DNA of 63,874 bases, filler included, from Barthelona sp. PAP020 (lineage: Eukaryota), in NCBI GenBank assembly GCA_040182905.1. It is 10 parts of 10 records of this genome, joined end to end, with 100 filler letters (N's around TTAATTAATTAA, not from the genome) between each part and the next. Parts side by side here need not be neighbours in the genome. Positions count along the whole stretch, not along the records: positions 19,453 to 25,767 come from JARQWU010000554.1; positions 25,868 to 32,181 come from JARQWU010000555.1; positions 32,282 to 38,553 come from JARQWU010000556.1; 7 more parts are not named here. The stretch is one strand, 5' to 3'. Both the position numbers and the translations under genes were made by a program. Shown here piece by piece: positions 23,308-33,438 of this stretch (its first letter is position 1; each line of letters begins with the position of its first letter). Under the pieces are notes generated by a model. The model was not told the origin of the DNA. It made no database searches and saw only the letters and a program-made list of their open reading frames with translations.

Positions 23308-25635
23308 ATGGATAATATTGCAATTGAAGATGAATCTGATATTGAATTATCACCGTTAAGTGATAATGAAAATATTGCATTTAGTGATTTGGAATTTTCA
23401 GATGATGACGATGTTGCATTTATTTTCAATCAAAAACCATTAGGGGATATTAGTTTAGAAAAAGATCAGGTTGTTTATGGACCTATTGAATTTGAGATAC
23501 CAGTTTACATGTTATGTGATGAAATATTGGAGAATTTTTTCACAATCGATTTATGGGACAATTTAACAGAAGAAGAAAAAAGTCAATTATCCATACATTT
23601 ACCTCAATTGTCTGCTGAAGAACAAAGAGAAAATTTGATTGATGTATTTTCTGGAAATGCGAATTATCGAGTTGATCATTCTCCTATTGATGAATTATCC
23701 TATTTATTACGTTCAGGATTATTACATCCAAATGTTGCAAGAGTTAGAAATGAATATATTGCCTTATTGTATGATGATTATTTACAAACTGTTCGAGAGA
23801 ATTACTTTCAAACTTCTTTTAGATTATTACAACAACAATACATATTATTAACGCATGGAGAAGAAGCGTTGAGATCCTCATCCTATTTTCCTTTGCAAGA
23901 TAGTTTACGATCTTTGCTTTCTTCACAAGAAAACAATCAAATTGCTGTCGCTAAACGGAAAAAGAAAAGTAAAACAACTGCTAAAATAGAAATAACTGAT
24001 TTATCAAATTTTGTTAGCAAAGAGAAGCCTGCACATATTACACTTTTTGTTTACAATTGTTTGATCCATTCTCAAATATTTATGGCAGATCTGATATCTG
24101 TTGACCCAAAAAATTTATCAGCAATTACAGCTTCAATTCCTTTACCGTTCGGTTTGGTGGAATCTCTTCGTATGTGTTTGTTTTATTTTTCTTGTCCTCC
24201 ACCTGAATGTCATCCTTCATTAGCGAATCGTGTTGTTGAAAGAAATATGGATGGTTTTTGGAGATGGTGTGGATCACCTATTACAATTGGGGATTTTGAC
24301 ACAATTGAACATGATTTTAGAACTCGTGCTTTTGCTCCTCCAATTGAAGCAAGTTCCTCTAGATTTAATAGATGTTCTCTTAAAGAATTGAAAACTCGTT
24401 CTTACCAGACAATTGTCTCCACAAATCCGACCACAAGACTTGCCCTTCAATGGCAAGAATTGGAAAGATTTTTGAATGAGACTGAACAGCCGTTTACCTA
24501 TTTTATTGAAGGTCGTCGATCTCTGTGTGCACCGTTGAAGAAATCTGAAGCAAAGTCTCGTCAACAACGAGCCAGACCTCATCAGCTTTTATTAGATACG
24601 CGACCCTTTGCTGCCACATTCTCTTATATTGTACGAGATGCAACAGCAAGACTTCCAGATGGATTAGGAACAAGATCAGACGTTTGTGAATTAGTACGTG
24701 ATTCTGGATTTATTCGACCTGATGCCACTCCAAAACAAATTCATACTGTTGTTTCTGGTGCATTAGATAGACTTCAATCCGAGGTAGACAGTCCTGTTCA
24801 TTATGAAGCTGACAAAAGATTATGGGTTTATTTACATCATCACAGAACTGAAGCTAACTTTTTTTCAACTTCTGAAAAAATCAAACTTATTCCAAAAAAG
24901 AAGAAAAAGAAAGACAAAGAAAAAGAGCAAGATATTGATTTTGAAGAAGCTGAACATACTGTTGGTTATGTTTCTCGAAGAACAAATAGACCTTCTAGAG
25001 CCGCAGCTGCACAACACAGACAAAGTATTCCACTTATGGAACAACCACAGACTTTGGAACAAGCACAGGTGTATTCTCAAGTATATAATCAACCAACTGC
25101 TTTGCCTTTTGGGCAAACGTCAATGGGACTTTCTGTTAACACATCGATTCCATCTAGAATTCCTCCTGTCATAAATCAACAGCCTAAATCACACAGTTGG
25201 AATCAAAATTCATTCAGCACTCATGGTCATTCCTTTCAACCCTCATATCAAACTTCAACTCCCTTTGGAATGTATCAAAGTCAACTGCCATCTCAACAGT
25301 TCCAAGCACCAATGTCTCAGCCATTTATGGCTCCATCAATGATATCTCAATCAGTAATACCACAACAATTAAATCACATGGGCAACATGAATATGAATAA
25401 CATGGGAAATTTAAATGTATCTGGTTCTTTGAATAATTCTGTACCTGTTGTGTCACAGATACCAACAATTTCTTCAACAGATTTAAATGTTGGAATTAAT
25501 ATGAATGTACCTGGCGTATCTCAAGTTCCTTCAATAACTCCTGGAGTTCTTGGCATCACAAATAATGACGAAATGATTTCTACTGATTTTGGAGGTATTA
25601 GCTTTTTATCAGATCAACCAAGCATGTTTGGTTGA
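23308..25635 (+). CDS. NFRKB: INO80 subunit NFRKB (DEUBAD plus winged helix)
   Basis: WDNLTEEEKSQLSIHLP (DEUBAD); IVRDATARLPDGLGTRSDVCELVRDSGFI...VSGALDRL...YEADKRLWVYLH (NFRKB winged helix); Q/P/S-rich tail. Start at ATG 23308. Confidence 0.9.
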   Translation: MDNIAIEDESDIELSPLSDNENIAFSDLEFSDDDDVAFIFNQKPLGDISLEKDQVVYGPIEFEIPVYMLCDEILENFFTIDLWDNLTEEEKSQLSIHLPQLSAEEQRENLIDVFSGNANYRVDHSPIDELSYLLRSGLLHPNVARVRNEYIALLYDDYLQTVRENYFQTSFRLLQQQYILLTHGEEALRSSSYFPLQDSLRSLLSSQENNQIAVAKRKKKSKTTAKIEITDLSNFVSKEKPAHITLFVYNCLIHSQIFMADLISVDPKNLSAITASIPLPFGLVESLRMCLFYFSCPPPECHPSLANRVVERNMDGFWRWCGSPITIGDFDTIEHDFRTRAFAPPIEASSSRFNRCSLKELKTRSYQTIVSTNPTTRLALQWQELERFLNETEQPFTYFIEGRRSLCAPLKKSEAKSRQQRARPHQLLLDTRPFAATFSYIVRDATARLPDGLGTRSDVCELVRDSGFIRPDATPKQIHTVVSGALDRLQSEVDSPVHYEADKRLWVYLHHHRTEANFFSTSEKIKLIPKKKKKKDKEKEQDIDFEEAEHTVGYVSRRTNRPSRAAAAQHRQSIPLMEQPQTLEQAQVYSQVYNQPTALPFGQTSMGLSVNTSIPSRIPPVINQQPKSHSWNQNSFSTHGHSFQPSYQTSTPFGMYQSQLPSQQFQAPMSQPFMAPSMISQSVIPQQLNHMGNMNMNNMGNLNVSGSLNNSVPVVSQIPTISSTDLNVGINMNVPGVSQVPSITPGVLGITNNDEMISTDFGGISFLSDQPSMFG

Positions 25636-26068
25636 TTTTTGTTTGTCATGATTTCACATATAAAACAATACTTTTCCGTTGTTAAATTTTTTTATTTTAT
25701 TTATGACTTCATTAAACCATCCGTGGGGGTGGGGGAATTGAGGGATTTTATATGCGAACGCTCGTCTNNNNNNNNNNNNNNNNNNNNNNNNNNNNNNNNN
25801 NNNNNNNNNNNTTAATTAATTAANNNNNNNNNNNNNNNNNNNNNNNNNNNNNNNNNNNNNNNNNNNNACAATTAGCTAAATTTGCAAAACGCAAAAAATA
25901 TTAAACACGGTTATAAACATTAATAGTTAGTCTTTTATTTTATTCAATTGTTGATTCTTTCTTTGTAGAAAAAGACGAAAGAGTTAAAAAACAACAGAAA
26001 AGGATTAAAAAAAAAAAGATTCTGATTTTTTTTGTTTGACATAATTGATAATTGAATGATGTGAAATA

Positions 26069-28837
26069 ATGGGATATTTACAAACTATGTGTCATAAGAC
26101 TGAACTTCAAAAGAGAATTGAAGGAAATCAATTGCATTATTATGAAATGGATCCTAAATTATCACAAAAAAAGAATAGACCCTATTCTTCACTCAATTAT
26201 GCAATAAAATCATATACAAGAAGTGTTGCGAATTCAAATACTCCAAAGGAAGAAATTAGAAAATTGAATATTTTACAACAAACTCAAAATCGTATAATTA
26301 GTTTATTAGATGTTGAAGGACCAACATTTAATAGTCGATGTGATTTTATATTTGATAGGTTTCGTTCTATTAGAAATGATTTAGGATTTTTTTCACCTGA
26401 AAATGATGAAGAATGCAAATTATACTTAAAGTTGATATATGAGCAAATTGTTATACAGATTGTTTTTTATTTTTTGGCAAAAATCAACACCGATGATGGA
26501 ACTTTTGATTCACAGCAAAAAGAACCTGAAAAACAAGTAGAAAATTCTTTCAGTACATTCTTTCAATATTTTGATCATTTAAAGCACGTAAATGATGAGG
26601 AGAAACAGTTATTTAGCAAAGTTTTCAGATATCGGTTGTGCACATTATTACATAAACCCAGTGAATTTCAAAGAATGTTCAATAAATATCCAAATCAATG
26701 TGATTTATGTCATGATCTGATAAAGTTTGCGCGGGAAATTACCATTGGTTTGAATCGCCTAAATTTTGATAATTTTTCTCTTATAGAGGGCTTATATATA
26801 TGGTTTTACCATTTTGAAATTCAAAAATCAATTGGAAACCGCTTTAAACGTATCAAAATGGATCAGTCGGGGATTGAATTTCTCAAAAAGGTTGTTAAAG
26901 GACAGCCCAAGAGCTTAGAATCTCGTGAAGTGAAATTGAACAAAAATATTACTGAAAAACATGGTGGTTTTATGCTGTTAACAGCAGTCGATTTTGTACG
27001 CTCTTATAACCGTGATTTGATCGATAGATTGAATGTTTTTGTTGATAAAAAAGCGTTATACACCCTCGTTGGAGGTTATATCACTGAAAATGACATTCTT
27101 TCATGGAGACCAGATTTGTTGGATTTCCCTGTTATTTTTGAGAGCATTTATAATAATGATGATGAAGAAGATGAAGATGAAGAAGAAAATCAGGATGAAC
27201 AACAAGAAGATGAGGAACAAGAAGATGATGATTATGCTTCTGATAATTCTTTTGAACGTAGTTTTGATTCAAGTTCTGAAGTATCAGATGATGATGTCTA
27301 TGAGAATGTAAAGAAAGATGATGAACAACCCTATGTAGACTATCGTGAGGAACTGCTTACAAATTCAAAATCTCACAAAAATGACGGGATTTCAGAAGGT
27401 AAGCTTAAGTTACCACGACCTGTTCAGAAGATAACTCTTAAAGGTACTAAAGATTTTTCATTCATGTTTCACGTTTTGTATGACCCCTCAATATTTTCTC
27501 CTTTTTCAAACAATGATTTTTCCCTTGAACAATTTGACATCATTCATGTGAATAGGCCTTGTCGACAGAATGTGTCTATTGTTTGTGCAGATGCAAAGAC
27601 GCCATTTTGCCATTTATTTGAACATGATACATGTGAACCCTCTTTCTCAAAAATTGAGATCGGTAGTCCACCGAATATACTGGGAGACAAAGAAGAGGAA
27701 GAAATTTTGAAAGAAGAAACGGAAAGTTACTCAGAAAGCACAGAAAATGATACCAAAATTCAGGAAGAGGAAAAGGCCATCAATGAACCTTCAAAATCGT
27801 TCTTTAAGTTTAAGGAAAAAACAACAGTCGTGGAAAAACCTACATTGGGTTTTTCCTCTTTAAAAGAAAAAAACGCCTCTGAAGTGACTGAGGGTGAGAC
27901 TACAAAAAAGGTTCTAAGGAAGGCTGTTTTGAAATCTCAAAAAAGGGAAAGGCCAACTCCTTCATTTTCTACTCCTTCCCGTTTAAAGCTACCATTGACC
28001 AATGCAGATTTGATAATGACACCGGAAACTGATAAGGAGGAATATTTTGACAAAAAAACTACAAGAAGCAATATGTTTGGTTCCCTACAGAGAACTTCTC
28101 CTTACAATGTCAACACCATGTCTTATGACAACGAATTTGTCACAGCTGAAAATTCAATGCTTAGGTTGCAGAAGTTGTTGGAAAACAAAACGCCTACACC
28201 GAAAAAAGCACCCATATCAATTGAAATGAACGAAATGTTGCCATTAACTTCCAAAACACAGTCTGAAATCAAAATAGAAGCGAGAAATTCAACTAAAAAA
28301 CTTGATTCCACAATGCAGCTTTCGCACCCATATCAAGTTGCGTTGTTTTCAACTCTATTTTTAGCAAGCTCAATAGTTGATCTCAAAATGGCGTTAGATG
28401 TCGCATTTGAACAGTTCCCAATGATTCAACCTCAAATCAAAGAAGAATTGTTGAGAAAATATCTTGAAGCAGGTGAAAACGAATGCAAAAAATTAATGAA
28501 GACAAAAAAAGAAATCTTCATTGAATCTTCCATAAGTTCTTCCAATTTTTTGGAAAAAATAAAAAAATTGAATGTCAATAAATGGCAAGACAAAAAAGAA
28601 ACCACTTCCAGACGAGAATTCTTTTCCCCATCAATTTCTTCCAAAAAGAAAAATACCCCTTCGAATATAAAAATATTTACACCAACAAAATCGAAAGTTT
28701 TCAACAACATCAGCAATGAAATGAAAATGAAAAAGCTTCAAATTTCTCCTGTCGAAAAAGGATTAAACATTCTTAATAATTTACAAAGATTCACTTCAGA
28801 ATTATCATCTATTACTGGTAAAATTGATGATGAATAA
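26069..28837 (+). CDS. SAC3/GANP family protein
   Basis: GYLQTMC...LHYYE...AIKSYTRSVA...EIR.L..LQQT...FIFDRFRSIRNDL is the SAC3_GANP N-terminal signature. Confidence 0.75.
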   Translation: MGYLQTMCHKTELQKRIEGNQLHYYEMDPKLSQKKNRPYSSLNYAIKSYTRSVANSNTPKEEIRKLNILQQTQNRIISLLDVEGPTFNSRCDFIFDRFRSIRNDLGFFSPENDEECKLYLKLIYEQIVIQIVFYFLAKINTDDGTFDSQQKEPEKQVENSFSTFFQYFDHLKHVNDEEKQLFSKVFRYRLCTLLHKPSEFQRMFNKYPNQCDLCHDLIKFAREITIGLNRLNFDNFSLIEGLYIWFYHFEIQKSIGNRFKRIKMDQSGIEFLKKVVKGQPKSLESREVKLNKNITEKHGGFMLLTAVDFVRSYNRDLIDRLNVFVDKKALYTLVGGYITENDILSWRPDLLDFPVIFESIYNNDDEEDEDEEENQDEQQEDEEQEDDDYASDNSFERSFDSSSEVSDDDVYENVKKDDEQPYVDYREELLTNSKSHKNDGISEGKLKLPRPVQKITLKGTKDFSFMFHVLYDPSIFSPFSNNDFSLEQFDIIHVNRPCRQNVSIVCADAKTPFCHLFEHDTCEPSFSKIEIGSPPNILGDKEEEEILKEETESYSESTENDTKIQEEEKAINEPSKSFFKFKEKTTVVEKPTLGFSSLKEKNASEVTEGETTKKVLRKAVLKSQKRERPTPSFSTPSRLKLPLTNADLIMTPETDKEEYFDKKTTRSNMFGSLQRTSPYNVNTMSYDNEFVTAENSMLRLQKLLENKTPTPKKAPISIEMNEMLPLTSKTQSEIKIEARNSTKKLDSTMQLSHPYQVALFSTLFLASSIVDLKMALDVAFEQFPMIQPQIKEELLRKYLEAGENECKKLMKTKKEIFIESSISSSNFLEKIKKLNVNKWQDKKETTSRREFFSPSISSKKKNTPSNIKIFTPTKSKVFNNISNEMKMKKLQISPVEKGLNILNNLQRFTSELSSITGKIDDE

Positions 28838-28890
28838 ATACCTTCAATATGAAGAAAAAAAGTTTTTTTTTTTTTACAAAATCATATGTT

Positions 28891-30717
28891 ATGAACAATC
28901 ATTATCGATCCAGATCAAGAGGGGGCAGTCAAAGTTCCAAATTAAAAAATTTAGTTGATGAATTTTGGTCCAAAAACCAAAATCAAAATGATATTGACAA
29001 AATTGAAAATTCAGATAAATCTCAAACACAAATAAAACGTAATCAATCAATTGCTGAATTACATGAACTCCAAGAATTATCTAAAGATGATCAAAGAACA
29101 ATAAGCATTTTAAAAAAGAAAATTGACAATTTAAATGAAGAATTAGCCCATAGAAAAGTGATTATTGATGCTATTCAGAGAAATTTTTACATTGTTAGTG
29201 TTGACAATGATGAATTAAGTTCAACCAATCATGACTTTGAGAAAAAGAAAACTGATTACATTTCACACATTGACAATTTAAAAAAGGAGTTAAAGGCAAT
29301 TCAAGCTTCAAAATTAGAGCATGATAATCTACGAGAAGAATTAGCGATTGCTGAAAAAGAAGTAAAGAAATTGAGTGAAAAATTGGAAGATATGAACATC
29401 CATACGATCGAAACTGATAGAAAAAATAAACTTTTGAATGTTTCTGTAAAAGAATTTGAGCTTAAATTGTCAGATCTTCTGGAAGAAGAAATAAATAAAG
29501 AAGCTTTTGAAAATGAGAGACTAAAGCTAACACAAGAAAAAGAAGAAGCGTGTGAGCAATTAAGAATGGAAATTAACTGTTTGATGGATCAAATAGAGGA
29601 GTTAAAAGAGATGCTTATTCAACATGCACTGATAAAGGATGAATTGGAAAAGCAAGTTGTTGAATCTGAAAGAAATATCGAATTATATAAAAGTCAGGTT
29701 GAAAATTGGAAAAGTAAGGCAACTCAGTTTCAAGAAGAAAAAAAAGGATTGGCTTTTACAATTGAGAATATAAGAACGGAATGGCAGAAACGTTTGGAAA
29801 GTATTCAAAAAGAAATGAATACCTCTGTAGAAAAATTTAATATCACCATTAATGATTCTTCTAATGAGTTAAATGGGTTACAAGAGGAAAAGATTGTTTT
29901 AGAATCAAAATTAATTAATGCTACAAACAAATGGAAGTTAGAATTGGAAGATATTTCCAAACAAACAAAGAATTTAGAGTTGAATTCCATTGATAATGAG
30001 CTAAAAGCTCAATATAACGCTTTAAAACAACAACAGAAGGTTGAAGAAAATACTTATCTTTCATTAGAAAACCAATTACAGGACTCTTACGAATTAGTTA
30101 AAAAAACCAGACAATTACAAGAACAAAATAGGGTTTTATCCGAACAAACAGATATTTTGAAAGAAAAAAAGACAAAAATTGAACAAAAATTAAAAGAAAG
30201 TGAGAGTCTAAGTGCTAATTTGATGAACACACGTTCTAATTTGATAAATGGTAATGAAGAATTGACAAATACTAATTCACAGCTCAATGCACAATTTATT
30301 GAAGTAAAAAACCATCTAGATAAGCATTTAAATGGCATTATTTTCAGTAATTTAAAAAAGTCAACAGAAACAATAGCATCTAATCTTAAAACAATCAATA
30401 AAGTAAATGAAGGAATGGAAACTGAATTAAGCTGTCAACATTGTCTAAATCTCTTGAGAGAACCAATTACCGTTATTCCTTGTGGACATAATTACTGTAG
30501 AACTTGTTGGACAGAATTATTAGCCACTAATAGAAAAAAAGACAAATGTCCTTGTCCTGAATGTAGAAAGAAAGGTGTTAAATCAACAGAAATCATTGGT
30601 AGTTACGCTAATTCTACTTTAGATGGTATTATCAACAAATATTATACTCTAAACAGTACCATTAAGAAAGCCATATTGAATCATGAAGATATTGGAACCT
30701 TATTGCAACAACAATAG
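28891..30717 (+). CDS. Long coiled-coil protein with C-terminal C3HC4 RING finger
   Basis: ELSCQHCLNLLREPITVIPCGHNYCRTC...CPECR after about 500 aa of coiled coil. Confidence 0.85.
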   Translation: MNNHYRSRSRGGSQSSKLKNLVDEFWSKNQNQNDIDKIENSDKSQTQIKRNQSIAELHELQELSKDDQRTISILKKKIDNLNEELAHRKVIIDAIQRNFYIVSVDNDELSSTNHDFEKKKTDYISHIDNLKKELKAIQASKLEHDNLREELAIAEKEVKKLSEKLEDMNIHTIETDRKNKLLNVSVKEFELKLSDLLEEEINKEAFENERLKLTQEKEEACEQLRMEINCLMDQIEELKEMLIQHALIKDELEKQVVESERNIELYKSQVENWKSKATQFQEEKKGLAFTIENIRTEWQKRLESIQKEMNTSVEKFNITINDSSNELNGLQEEKIVLESKLINATNKWKLELEDISKQTKNLELNSIDNELKAQYNALKQQQKVEENTYLSLENQLQDSYELVKKTRQLQEQNRVLSEQTDILKEKKTKIEQKLKESESLSANLMNTRSNLINGNEELTNTNSQLNAQFIEVKNHLDKHLNGIIFSNLKKSTETIASNLKTINKVNEGMETELSCQHCLNLLREPITVIPCGHNYCRTCWTELLATNRKKDKCPCPECRKKGVKSTEIIGSYANSTLDGIINKYYTLNSTIKKAILNHEDIGTLLQQQ

Positions 30718-31155
30718 TATTCAATGATATATAACCCAATGTTAGTGTTTTAACAGTTTAAACACAACAAATTGTATAAAGTTTTTGAAACGTTTAGATG
30801 TTTTTTTTTTAATCATTTAGAAGCCAAATAATTGTTAATAACATTCATTTGTTGTTTGTTTCCAAAATCAAAAATCAAAAATTTTGGAAAAAGACACAAT
30901 TTTTGTTTATTCAAATACTTTTAAATGTTTCAATGAATAAATTTTATCATTCAATTCAAAATAAAGCAAAAAAAATTTTCAAAAGTTAACTGAATTCTTG
31001 TGAAGAACAACACTTAAAAACAATGCAAATTGCTTTTATTTTTAGTTATTCAATTCATTCTTTAATAGTTCAATCAAAATATCAATCAAATATCATCTGA
31101 TACCATGAGATAAAAGAATAGTTTCTTTCTTTCTTTTTTCCTGTATTTTTCTTTT

Positions 31156-32181
31156 ATGTCAAACTCTGATTTTTCTGCCTCACCCCCTATGATGGAAAAT
31201 AATGCTGATATGCATTCTGTGTTCAAAAATATGACAGATTGTGCTTTTATTGAATCTCGTCCTTTCAATTGGGAAGAATTGAGATTAAGACTTGGTTATG
31301 GTATTAAGGGTGCAAAAATTGAACGTACTCAACGTGATTTAAAGAGATATATTGATATTAAACTCGCTGCTCATGGACATCAAAGACAATCTTCGGAAAA
31401 TCTTCATTTTATTGGTGGATTACTTGAAAATTGGTTCAGTAGATCAAAGGATATTCAACCTCTTCCTCCTATTGGAATGCGTATTCAAGATTGGGTCAAT
31501 CAATATTTAGAAGATGTACAAGATAAGATGAAATCTCATGTTAAATTGCCTACAAATGTTTTAGAATTGGATCGTTATGGAATGTCAAGAATTTTATCAA
31601 TTTCTAACAGTTCTGACGAATGGAATTCTGATCATATCGAATCTTACAGATTATTCCAACAAGGAGTGTTGCATAATCCTCAAAATGATCGTCGTACCAC
31701 TAAAAATGTGTTCCATGTTGTTGATGGTGGTCTTCCCAAGGCAGATGATAAAATATTGGTTCCAAAAGAAGCTTTTGGAAAAATGCTTAAAGAAGCCTTC
31801 AATCCTCCTGCTGATCTTCTTCAGCTTCCATATGATCCTTCTGTTGACAATCTCTTCGCTGCAATTCTATCTCGTGTTCCTGTAACTCCAGGTGTTGAAG
31901 GAAAGCTTGATGCACGTTCAATGGAAATCCGGTTTATGTGTCCTTGTGGACTTATGGCTTCTTTGGACTTTGTTGAATCAATCTTCGGTAATGGCGGAGA
32001 TCCTTTCCTTTATGACGCTGCTAGAGATGTTGATGGATGGTCTGGCCACACTGGTTTAATTATTCTTGCCCCACATTGTAGAAATTTGAAAAAAATAGAT
32101 CTAGGCCTTCCTCATATTTCTGAAGCCACAGAATACCAAAAGTCTGTTGGTATGTGTTGGGAACATGAAGATGAAAAGTAT
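31156..32181 (+). CDS. PPi-dependent phosphoenolpyruvate carboxykinase (PEP carboxytransphosphorylase), 5' part
   Basis: YIDIKLAAHG, LDRYGMSRILS, QGVLHNPQNDRRTTKNVFHVVDGGLP..DK, SLDFVESIFGNGGDP, WSGHTGLIILAPH resemble the Entamoeba/Propionibacterium-type PPi-PEPCK family. Confidence 0.88.
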
Positions 32182-32281
32182 NNNNNNNNNNNNNNNNNNN
32201 NNNNNNNNNNNNNNNNNNNNNNNNNTTAATTAATTAANNNNNNNNNNNNNNNNNNNNNNNNNNNNNNNNNNNNNNNNNNNN

Positions 32282-32380
32282 GTCAAGAGGAAAATAGAAG
32301 TATGGTTCATCCGCATTTCCAAACAATAAATTTTCATCCTTAACATTGATTTTTCCCCAAGAATACCCATCAGTGTTCAT
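32282..32380 (-). CDS. SSRP1: FACT subunit SSRP1/POB3, 5' fragment at contig edge
   Basis: MNTDGYSWGKINVKDENLLFGNADEPYFYFPLD resembles SSRP1 'SVKGWNWG...L.F.....P.FEIPL'. Confidence 0.6.
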
Positions 32381-32429
32381 TTCTATGGCCTTCGAAAAAA
32401 AAAAATTAAAGTACTTCATTTTTATTATA

Positions 32430-32651
32430 ATGGTACATTTGTTCTCTTTTGAAGGACTTTTCATTGTATTCTTTTTAATAATTGGATGTTCTACAATTGC
32501 AAGAAGATCTGATAGATTGAAAAAATTATTGTTAAATGACAGAGAAGGTGCTTTTTCGTTATTTCATAAAGCATCAATAATCGGATTGAAATTGCATTAT
32601 ATTGTTGCACCTATTTGTACTCTTTTTGCGTTATATATTCTAATTAGATGA
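32430..32651 (+). CDS. TMEM167: Protein kish / TMEM167 (Ksh1)
   Basis: MVHLFSFEGLFIVFFLIIGCSTI...REGAFSLFHKASIIGLKLHYIVAPICTLFALYILIR, 73 aa. Confidence 0.85.
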   Translation: MVHLFSFEGLFIVFFLIIGCSTIARRSDRLKKLLLNDREGAFSLFHKASIIGLKLHYIVAPICTLFALYILIR

Positions 32652-33170
32652 CTTTACTTTATATTCCTTTGAAAGCTTTTTTTTTTTTGTAGAAATGTCC
32701 CACACATTTTGTTTTGTCTTTTCAACTTTTACATATAAATATTTTTCATCTGAAATGCTGGTTTTTTGTTTGCTGGGCTATACAATCTGTTTATCTTTTT
32801 TTAGCAAAAGAGAATTGAAGATATAAACAGGATAATGACCATAAGGTATTGCTTTAATATCAGTTAATCCAATAGTGATCATAAAAGAAGTTGCTTGAAA
32901 AAATCTGAAAAAACATAAAAAAGGAAATCTCACTCGAAAGAAATTTGATAAATTGTAAATAATTCTTTAAAAACATTTGATTTGCCACTATGTCCAAAAT
33001 CTTAAAAATCTTTGAACTCAATAGAACATTGTAAAAACAATAATTTTGGAAAATGGAGGAAATAAATGATAATTTACTTTAATTTAGAATTTTTTTTGGA
33101 ACAAAAAAGAAAGGAAAAGGAAAAAGGAAATTTGCCTGCATTTTCCAAAAGGTTTTTTTTTTTTTCAAAT

Positions 33171-33413
33171 ATGAATGATCTTGACTCTGAAGAAAATTGT
33201 ATGTTTCTTTGGGATCAAATAATATACGAAGATGATGATGAAGAAGAAACTCAGGTTTTTCCTCAAAGATATATTGTTGGAAAAGAAACAGAAGATACAT
33301 GTTTTGATGAGTTTTTGATAGATGAAACCATACAGTCTCTTTCTTCAGAAGGCAATTCAGCTTCGAATAACTTTAATAATCAAAAAAAAACACAAGATTT
33401 GAAAAAAGACTGA
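33171..33413 (+). CDS. Hypothetical small acidic protein
   Basis: ATG after a poly-T tract; MNDLDSEENCMFLWDQIIYEDDDEEE... Confidence 0.45.
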   Translation: MNDLDSEENCMFLWDQIIYEDDDEEETQVFPQRYIVGKETEDTCFDEFLIDETIQSLSSEGNSASNNFNNQKKTQDLKKD

Positions 33414-33438
33414 TACAAATTTATAAAAATTTTATCCA

